A DNA stretch of 33,569 nt from Fibrobacteria bacterium (GTDB taxonomy: Bacteria; Fibrobacterota; Fibrobacteria; UBA11236): positions 1-33,569 of the forward strand of contig JAYTHY010000063.1 of assembly GCA_043732185.1 (NCBI GenBank), read 5' to 3'. The first letter of the stretch is position 1, and every line of letters begins with the position of its first letter. Below the pieces are notes generated by a model. That model did no database searches and was not told the origin of the DNA. It saw nothing but the letters and a program-made list of their open reading frames with translations. The position numbers were made by a program, and so were the translations under genes. Below are positions 27,179 to 33,569 of the stretch, piece by piece.

Positions 27179-27532
27179 CTAAAGAGTCTTCAACCTCTCA
27201 CGGCTCTTCCTCCGACCGGGAGGACTCTTTCTTCTTTCGGGTTCGAACTTAAAGCGCAGGCGGTGACCGGTTGCTACCGCGATGCGTTCCAACGTAGTGA
27301 CCGTGGGATTATCCGCCTCGCCGCTTTCCAGTCTGGCAATAACTTGCTGAGAGACGCCCAAGCGCTGGGCCAACACCTTTTGGGTAAGGCCTGCCGTTTC
27401 CCTCAAGTCCCGGATTTTAAGGCCGATTTTGAGAATATCATGATAGTGCTCGTACGCCTCCCGGAACGTCTTGTTCTTGAGCTTGGCATCGAGATAGCCA
27501 TTGAAGCTGTTGTCGATCTCATCTTTTTTCAT
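27179..27532 (-). CDS. XRE HTH antitoxin
   Basis: IRDLRETAGLTQKVLAQRLGVSQQVIARLESG..NPTVTTLERIA. Confidence 0.9.
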   Translation of the reverse strand: MKKDEIDNSFNGYLDAKLKNKTFREAYEHYHDILKIGLKIRDLRETAGLTQKVLAQRLGVSQQVIARLESGEADNPTVTTLERIAVATGHRLRFKFEPERRKSPPGRRKSRERLKTL

Positions 27533-27533
27533 T

Positions 27534-27881
27534 TTATCCTCCGTGCCTCGTTTGCCAGTCCTTCATACGTTTCAGCGCCAACTTAAGATCTTGCTTGGGC
27601 GTTTCCTGTGTCTTCTTTAGGATGCTATGAAGAAGCACAGCCGAATCACCCAAGTGAAAAAAGAAAAAGACCCGATACGGTCCCGCTGAGATTTTGAACC
27701 GAAGCTCTTTGATCTTGTCCTGCATAAACTTGACATGGGGCTCCCTTAAAGTATGCCCTTGCTGTTGAAGGAGACTAAGATGAGCTGCGGCCCTGGCCTG
27801 ATCGGGTTCCGACAACTTCTCTAGGTCTTCTTTGACCGGCATATGGCCATTTTCATTCACGTAGAAAAGGATCTTGGTCAC
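27534..27881 (-). CDS. RelE/ParE-superfamily (Gp49/HigB-like) toxin, intact
   Basis: FY....G..PVKE, LREPHVKFMQDKIKELR, YRVFFF, LLHSILKKTQETP. Confidence 0.9.
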   Translation of the reverse strand: MTKILFYVNENGHMPVKEDLEKLSEPDQARAAAHLSLLQQQGHTLREPHVKFMQDKIKELRFKISAGPYRVFFFFHLGDSAVLLHSILKKTQETPKQDLKLALKRMKDWQTRHGG

Positions 27882-27887
27882 TCATAT

Positions 27888-27916
27888 AGGATACAACAAA
27901 TGTGTTGTATCGTCAA
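27888..27916 (-). promoter_or_regulatory. Promoter and operator of the RelE-HTH pair
   Basis: Minus-strand TTGACG, 17 nt, TATCCT, overlapped by the palindrome GATACAACA-AATG-TGTTGTATC (27890-27911). Confidence 0.7.
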
Positions 27917-28170
27917 TAAGATTACAACTGCTTCCTTCAGTATCAAAGCCGCGCGCGGGGGAAGTAATGCGTGCGGGATTGTCTCCACGCAGGTGCCCGG
28001 CACAGGCGTGGGTCCGGCCCTGTCCAAGGCCCTTCACCTAAGCCTGGCGCAAGTCCCCGTCTTTTCTGGTTCCGAGGGATTTTGGCCCTGAGTTTCCTCT
28101 TTTGGGGCTTGCCTGCCCTCCCGGAAAGACGTATTCTTATATTATAACATCTATATAACGGAGGCGTCCC

Positions 28171-28377
28171 GTGATCAAGCAGCTCACTCGTATAGGCAAC
28201 AGCCAAGGAATCATTCTCGACAAGGCTATTTTGGAACTCCTCAACATCAAGGACGGCGCGTCTTTCGATGTGTCGACCAAGAACGGCGGCCTTTTTTTGA
28301 AGCCCGTCGACATCAAGGAAATCTATGAGGATGTCGCCAAACACCACCGCAAGACCTTGGATAAGTTGGGTCGATGA
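28171..28377 (+). CDS. AbrB/MazE-type antitoxin (Doc partner)
   Basis: KQLTRIGNSQGIILDKAILELLNI...HRKTLDKLG; SD GGAGG. Confidence 0.9.
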   Translation: MIKQLTRIGNSQGIILDKAILELLNIKDGASFDVSTKNGGLFLKPVDIKEIYEDVAKHHRKTLDKLGR

Positions 28378-28530
28378 GCGATCCTATTTTCCTTTCGTTG
28401 GAACAGGTTCTCTACATTCAGAAGGCTGAAGCCTCTCTGACCCACAGCCTTGGCGGATTTGGTTTTAGGTTATCTGAACAAGGAAGCGACCAAGGACGAC
28501 TTGACCCGGTATTTTAAGGACCACGCCTAG
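28374..28530 (+). pseudogene. Doc (death-on-curing) toxin with the catalytic core deleted
   Basis: ATGA overlap. MSDPIFLSLEQVLYIQKAEASLTHS is joined out of frame to LADLVLGYLNKEATKDDLTRYFKDHA*; no HxFxDGNKR motif. Confidence 0.8.
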
Positions 28531-28581
28531 GCCCTCCGCGCGCAACCCCACCTGGGAGGCCTTTCCCTTGGCTCTTTCCGC

Positions 28582-28610
28582 TGGACATGTAGCTACATTG
28601 TAGTTATACT
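28582..28610 (+). promoter_or_regulatory. brnTA promoter with operator palindrome
   Basis: TGGACA, 17 nt, TATACT, with CTACA-T-TGTAG in the spacer; ATG follows 6 nt after the -10. Confidence 0.6.
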
Positions 28611-28616
28611 CTTTTT

Positions 28617-28789
28617 ATGCGATTCGAGTGGGATTTAGTCAAAGACGAGATCAACCGCAAAAAGCACGGGATCTCTTTCGAGAGGGCCCAACTGGTTTTC
28701 AGTGACCCTCTGGCTCTTTCCGTTCCGGATGAGGAACATTCCAAAGATGAAGAGGTCATCCCACGAACTTGCCAGGAGGTACAAGATGA
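28617..28789 (+). pseudogene. brnT: BrnT toxin with C-terminal half deleted
   Basis: MRFEWDLVKDEINRKKHGISFERAQLVFSDP...DEEHSKDEE; the R..lG...lVV...RIISAR part is absent. Confidence 0.85.
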
Positions 28790-29040
28790 AGAAGGAGTAC
28801 GATTTCAGCGGAGGAGAACGCGGGAAGTTCTTCCGCGAGAACAAGGTGCAGAAGACGCTGCGCCTCGATGCCGATATTTTGGAGTACTTCCAGACCCTAT
28901 CCAGCCGGAAGCACGTTCCCTATCAAACCCTCATCAACAACACGCTTCGGGAAGCCATGGAGCATCCCGGCAGCGGCATCGACTTGAAGCTTCTGAGGAA
29001 GGAGATCCACTTGGCGGTACAAAGTGCCATTCGGAAGTAA
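28786..29040 (+). CDS. brnA: BrnA antitoxin
   Basis: MKKEYDFSGGERGKF...TLRLDADILEYFQ...PYQTLINNTLRE; SD AGGAGG. Confidence 0.9.
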   Translation: MKKEYDFSGGERGKFFRENKVQKTLRLDADILEYFQTLSSRKHVPYQTLINNTLREAMEHPGSGIDLKLLRKEIHLAVQSAIRK

Positions 29041-29139
29041 CTGAACTGGCACCGCTATTCCTGGTTGGAATCTGCCTGCCTAGTTCAAAATGCGGCAAGG
29101 GTGACATGTGCCAGTAGTTATGAGTTATAATTCTGCCCT

Positions 29140-30723
29140 ATGCCCGGCTCGGTCTCCCAACAGCTCACTCGATATTTAATCAACCGGGCCCGCCTGGGAT
29201 TGATATGCACCGCTTTGGTTACGGGCGCTTTTGTTACCCCCACATTTAGCCAGGATACCCTGCACACACTTCCCGTCTCTTTAACGGTTGATTTCGGCGC
29301 CTACCCCCTGGAACGCAGCTACCCCCTAGGCCACCCCTTCGAATCCTTCGGCTCCGGCTGGGGCTCAGTACGCATTAGTCCCGAACTCGCCCACACCTGG
29401 ACCGAACTTCCTCCCGCCATTAAAACGGAACTCCGCTACCCGGTTTCGCCCCATACCTTTGTCTACTTCCGCCTAGGCCTCCGCCGGGATTTGGCCGCCT
29501 GGCACGGGGATGCCTATGGCTTTAATCTTCCCTTTGCCGCCAAGGAAGTGGACCTGAATGAGCCCTCCCTAGGCTATTTCCATGCCGAAAACGAAAATTT
29601 TGCTTTCACCGTGGGTCGTTTTCAGGTGCATTGGTCTCCGTCCCCGGACTTTGGCCTCGCCTTGAGCCGTTCCGTTCCCTATCACAATGCCGCCGAATTC
29701 GCGCTTAAGACGCCTTATGTCAAGTACCGTTTTCTGCTGTCCAGCTTGAACCCGTGGCTCGAAGGAACCCCCGGCGGTGATTCTGCCGGCACCGAGTACC
29801 CTGTGGGGTCCGAGGAGTATCGGCAGCGGCATTATGCCGATCAGAATCAGGCCAACAATGCGCATAAGCGCGTGTATGACGACCGGATCAAAACCCTTAT
29901 CGCCCATCGGCTGGAGGGGTATGTGGGCCCGGCAACTTTGGGAATGACTGAGACGGAGATCATCGGCGGCAAAGTTCCGGATTTGCGAGATGGCAATCCG
30001 TTTGCTTTTTTTCACAATGATTTCAAAGATGGGTATACGAACCTTGCCTTGAGCTTTGATGGTTCGGTGCGGTTGCCATGGGGTTTGCGGGTGTTTGGGG
30101 AGCTGATACTGGATGATGTGATCTATTCGGCTACGGAAACCGATGGTTCGTCGGCGTCACTTATCGGTTACCTGGCGGGTGTGGCCCATGTTTTTAGTGC
30201 GCGGGGCTGGCTGTTCTCGCAAAGTGTGCAGACGGTGCGGACGGATCCGTATTTATACGGGTATGTGCAGCCGCTGAATACCATGTCTTCGCGTCAAGTT
30301 TTGAGCAGCAATTTCATTGGGCTGGAAAACGGCAAGGCGGTGGACAAAGTCATAGATAAGTTTGTGGTCGACTATCCGCTGGGGTATTTACGCGGCGGGG
30401 ATGCGCTGGATTTTTGGTATCGGATGGATGCGGTGCGGGGGAGTAGGTTGGAGGTTTCGATGACCGTCGGGATTTTGTCCAAGGGTGTGGTGGATTTGTA
30501 TACGCCTTATGAGACGTACTATTCGAGTGGGCATGATGCGCCGACTGGGATTGCGGAGCGGGAGCTGCGCGTTCGGGTGAGTGGGAGCTACCGTATGATG
30601 CACGGGCTTGCGGTGCATGGTGGGATTGGGTGGCAGAGTTTTCAGGGTGAAGGGCATGTGGCTGGGCAGGATGTGAACCGGGGGCAGGGGTCGCTGGGAG
30701 TTTCGTGGAAGTTTCCGGAGTAG
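29140..30723 (+). CDS. Outer-membrane beta-barrel protein, capsule-assembly Wzi-like
   Basis: Signal peptide; FTVGRFQVHWSP, KTLIAHRLE, FGELILDD and PLGY..GGD resemble Wzi-family motifs; C-terminal aromatic strand; lies next to fcl and the SLBB gene. Confidence 0.65.
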   Translation: MPGSVSQQLTRYLINRARLGLICTALVTGAFVTPTFSQDTLHTLPVSLTVDFGAYPLERSYPLGHPFESFGSGWGSVRISPELAHTWTELPPAIKTELRYPVSPHTFVYFRLGLRRDLAAWHGDAYGFNLPFAAKEVDLNEPSLGYFHAENENFAFTVGRFQVHWSPSPDFGLALSRSVPYHNAAEFALKTPYVKYRFLLSSLNPWLEGTPGGDSAGTEYPVGSEEYRQRHYADQNQANNAHKRVYDDRIKTLIAHRLEGYVGPATLGMTETEIIGGKVPDLRDGNPFAFFHNDFKDGYTNLALSFDGSVRLPWGLRVFGELILDDVIYSATETDGSSASLIGYLAGVAHVFSARGWLFSQSVQTVRTDPYLYGYVQPLNTMSSRQVLSSNFIGLENGKAVDKVIDKFVVDYPLGYLRGGDALDFWYRMDAVRGSRLEVSMTVGILSKGVVDLYTPYETYYSSGHDAPTGIAERELRVRVSGSYRMMHGLAVHGGIGWQSFQGEGHVAGQDVNRGQGSLGVSWKFPE

Positions 30724-30784
30724 GGACTGGTTTTGGACATTGATGCGTCAATTTGATATACTGATTGCATTCTAAGGACTTAAA

Positions 30785-31720
30785 ATGGAAAAAAATGCCA
30801 AGATTTACATTGCTGGAATGTACGGAATGGTCGGTAGCGCTATTGCCCGAAACTTAAAGGCCAATGGGTATACAAATCTACTCGGCCACTCCTCCAAAGA
30901 ATTGGATCTGACCAACCAACAGGCGGTGTTCAACTTCTTCAAGGCTGAAAAACCGGACTATGTCTTCTTGGCAGCGGCAAAAGTGGGTGGCATTTACGCC
31001 AACAACTCCTATCCCGCCGATTTCATTTACAGCAATATTTGCATCCAAACAAATATCATTCATGCCTCATATATTTTCCGCGTGCGCAAGCTGCTTTTTC
31101 TGGGGAGCTCCTGCATTTACCCCAAGTTTGCCGAGCAGCCGATGAAAGAATCCTGTCTTTTGACCGGTGAGCTGGAACCGACCAATGAACCCTACGCGCT
31201 GGCCAAGATTGCCGGGATTAAGATGTGTCAAGCGTATAATCGGCAGTACCATACGAGTTTTATTTCGTGTATGCCGACCAATCTGTATGGGCCCAATGAC
31301 AACTACGATTTGATGAACGCGCATGTGCTGCCGGCGCTGATTCGCAAGGTGCATGAGGCCAAGGTGAATGGGCAGAAGTCCTTTGTGGTGTGGGGTACGG
31401 GGTCGCCTAAGCGTGAGTTTTTGTACGTGGATGATTTGGCTTCGGCGAGTGTGTTTTTGATGAACGAATACCTGCACGATGAGACGATTAATGTGGGGAG
31501 TGGCCAGGAAGTGACGATTAAGGAGCTGGCTTTGGCTGTGCGCGATGTGGTGGGTTTCGAGGGGGAGATGGTTTTTGATGCGTCGAAGCCGGATGGGACG
31601 CCGCGGAAACTGCTGGATGTGTCCAGGCTGAAGGAAATGGGTTGGGGACCAAAGGTGGAGTTGAAGGAAGGCATAAAAGCTGCGTACGAGAACTTCGTTT
31701 CCGGTAAAGTGCGGATGTAA
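30785..31720 (+). CDS. fcl: GDP-L-fucose synthase
   Basis: [67 protein letters not shown]. Confidence 0.95.
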   Translation: MEKNAKIYIAGMYGMVGSAIARNLKANGYTNLLGHSSKELDLTNQQAVFNFFKAEKPDYVFLAAAKVGGIYANNSYPADFIYSNICIQTNIIHASYIFRVRKLLFLGSSCIYPKFAEQPMKESCLLTGELEPTNEPYALAKIAGIKMCQAYNRQYHTSFISCMPTNLYGPNDNYDLMNAHVLPALIRKVHEAKVNGQKSFVVWGTGSPKREFLYVDDLASASVFLMNEYLHDETINVGSGQEVTIKELALAVRDVVGFEGEMVFDASKPDGTPRKLLDVSRLKEMGWGPKVELKEGIKAAYENFVSGKVRM

Positions 31721-31777
31721 GCGGGGTCTTGACTTAAAGGATTCGGAAAAATGCCTAATAATGCTATAATTCCTGAT

Positions 31778-33569
31778 ATGACATGCACTTACACCTTCCC
31801 GCGCTCTGGATTTTTTAGGGCTTTCTCTGCTGGGTTGCTAGGCTTCACTTTATGCATTAGCCATGGTCAGAGTTTGGAGGACAAGGTTTCTCAGGCGCGG
31901 AAGCTACAGGTTCAATCGCTGCTGGGGCTTGACGAACAGGGCATGGATTCCGTGTTGAATGAAAAGAAAAATGGAAGGGCTCATCAGCAAAAGAAGGGCA
32001 ATGCGCGAGAAGCGGCTTCCTTAGAAACACAGGCTCTTGATTCAATGATTGCCGGACCCAACATGTCGAAATGGGATGGAAAAGATCCTTCAGAGAACTT
32101 GGAAAAAAATGAAACGGATACGGATAGCTTGGGAAAGCCGATTAAAAGGCTGAAAAAATCAATTCCAAAAAGATATGAGCAGCGGATTTTTGGCACAGTC
32201 GATCGAAGCGCCTTCAGTAGTGCCCGAGGCTCAGTAGGTCGCGATTATACCCTGGCACCCGGTGACCAGTTCATGGTTTTTCTTTGGGGAGACAAAGAAA
32301 AAGAATACGACCTGGAACTGAATGGAGAGGGCAAAGTTTTTTTGGAAGGGGTGGGCTTGATAGCCTTGGCCGGAATGAACATCAATGAAGCCCAAAAGGT
32401 GATCCAGGAAAAGCTGGCAAAGATTTATTCCGGGATCAATCGCGGGTCCGCGCATGTGGAAGTGTCCTTGGCCAAAGCAGGGCCCATCAAGATTTTTGTT
32501 CTCGGTGAGGTAAAGGTTCCCGGAGGCTATGTGTTCACCGGCAATACCAGCGTCCTCTCTGCCCTTTATTATGCCCAGGGACCTACAGATATCGGAACCG
32601 TGCGAAACTTGCAGCTAAACCGGGCTGGGAAAAAATATACCCTCGATTTGTACAAATACCTTATCTACGGGCAAGGGCTTGTTCCTGATCAGTTACGCGA
32701 CGGGGACATACTTTTCTCAGGCAGAACAGAATCGTTAGTTGAAATTTCCGGGGATATCGGCAGGCCAGCTACCTATGAATTGAAAAAGGGAGAAGGCCTC
32801 AAAGAAATTCTTGAATTCTCCCGAGGATTAAATGCAACAGCCGCCTCCCATAAAATGACCTTGCAGCGCATCTTATCCGGAGGTCAAACTGATTTTATTG
32901 ACCTCGCCCCACCCCAAGACTACCTATCCGGGAAGCTTAAAATGGAATTGCAAGACGGTGACAAGATTACCGTCCGAAAATCCACGGAACTCAGCAAAAA
33001 TTTTCTGACCATCTCAGGGCCGGTAAAATATCCCGGCACCTACTCTTTTGAAAACAGTGCAACTCTCTACGATTTGGTCCGAAAATCAGGCGGGCTGCGT
33101 GAAGACGCGTTTTTAAAAACCGCCCATGTGGTACGCTTCAAGCCCGACGGCTCCAGTCAGCTATTTGCTTATTCCTTGGACACAACGGCCATTCAGTCCA
33201 TTATACTAGAGGACAAAGACAATGTTCTGCTTTATAGCACCAAAGACATGTACTTGCCTGATTCTGTTGAAATTGCCGGTGCGGTTTTTAATCCAGGCAA
33301 ATATGAATTTCGAAATGGAATGACCGCCAGAGACTTGGTCATGCAGGCGGGTGGCTATTTGCCAGAGCACGAAGCTGGAAAGCTTCTGATATTCAGCGGC
33401 GAAGCGCTGGATAGAAAAGTGACACAGTTATTGCTGTCGTTGAACGAATCGGAAGAACGGCCTACGGACAACTATGCATTGAAAGCAAAAGATTTAGTTC
33501 AGGTTCCGATTGATCCGAGATGGTATAAAAAGGAAGTTGTGATTTTGGATGGCCTTTTTAATCGGCCGG
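31778..33569 (+). CDS. Polysaccharide export protein with SLBB repeats (Wza/KpsD-like), partial
   Basis: Runs off the window, so absent from the track. Manual translation gives DYTLAPGDQFMVFLWG, IFVLGEVKVPGGY, ISGDIGRPATYEL, ISGPVKYPGTY, IAGAVFNPGKY. An in-frame ATG at 31751 is an alternative start. Confidence 0.9.
   Translation, partial: MTCTYTFPRSGFFRAFSAGLLGFTLCISHGQSLEDKVSQARKLQVQSLLGLDEQGMDSVLNEKKNGRAHQQKKGNAREAASLETQALDSMIAGPNMSKWDGKDPSENLEKNETDTDSLGKPIKRLKKSIPKRYEQRIFGTVDRSAFSSARGSVGRDYTLAPGDQFMVFLWGDKEKEYDLELNGEGKVFLEGVGLIALAGMNINEAQKVIQEKLAKIYSGINRGSAHVEVSLAKAGPIKIFVLGEVKVPGGYVFTGNTSVLSALYYAQGPTDIGTVRNLQLNRAGKKYTLDLYKYLIYGQGLVPDQLRDGDILFSGRTESLVEISGDIGRPATYELKKGEGLKEILEFSRGLNATAASHKMTLQRILSGGQTDFIDLAPPQDYLSGKLKMELQDGDKITVRKSTELSKNFLTISGPVKYPGTYSFENSATLYDLVRKSGGLREDAFLKTAHVVRFKPDGSSQLFAYSLDTTAIQSIILEDKDNVLLYSTKDMYLPDSVEIAGAVFNPGKYEFRNGMTARDLVMQAGGYLPEHEAGKLLIFSGEALDRKVTQLLLSLNESEERPTDNYALKAKDLVQVPIDPRWYKKEVVILDGLFNRP

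Noticed and set aside
21848..28789. Programmed frameshifting as the explanation for the split toxins
   Set aside because: Conserved internal sequence is physically missing, so restoring the frame would not yield a complete protein.
28617..29117. 166-aa ORF as a long BrnT or BrnT fusion
   Set aside because: Only the first ~46 aa are BrnT-like; the rest is out-of-frame read-through over brnA.

Overview
A bacterial chromosomal window. The RpoD-like sigma factor, lipoproteins and Wzi/SLBB proteins suggest an FCB-group organism, possibly Fibrobacterota (inference only). The left part holds the 5' end of an IS1634-family transposase, tpx, and a minus-strand run of Mrp/ApbC, DUF971, a sigma-70 factor and a TPR membrane protein. 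The rest is a surface-polysaccharide locus (nucleotide-sugar dehydrogenase, UDP-glucuronate epimerase, gmhA, Wzi-like outer-membrane protein, fcl, SLBB export protein) broken up by accessory DNA. That DNA includes a SNF2-SWIM pair and a ~15.5 kb stretch (13.7-29.0 kb) with about 14 toxin-antitoxin (TA) or TA-like modules or their remnants. Six toxins carry internal deletions while their antitoxin or partner gene stays intact, and one more antitoxin is an orphan. Cassettes between gmhA and a truncated outer-membrane gene are separated by eroded copies of these flanking genes, which points to tandem accretion at one hotspot. Two junctions carry perfect fold-back palindromes. All family calls come from motif recognition by eye; no searches were run.
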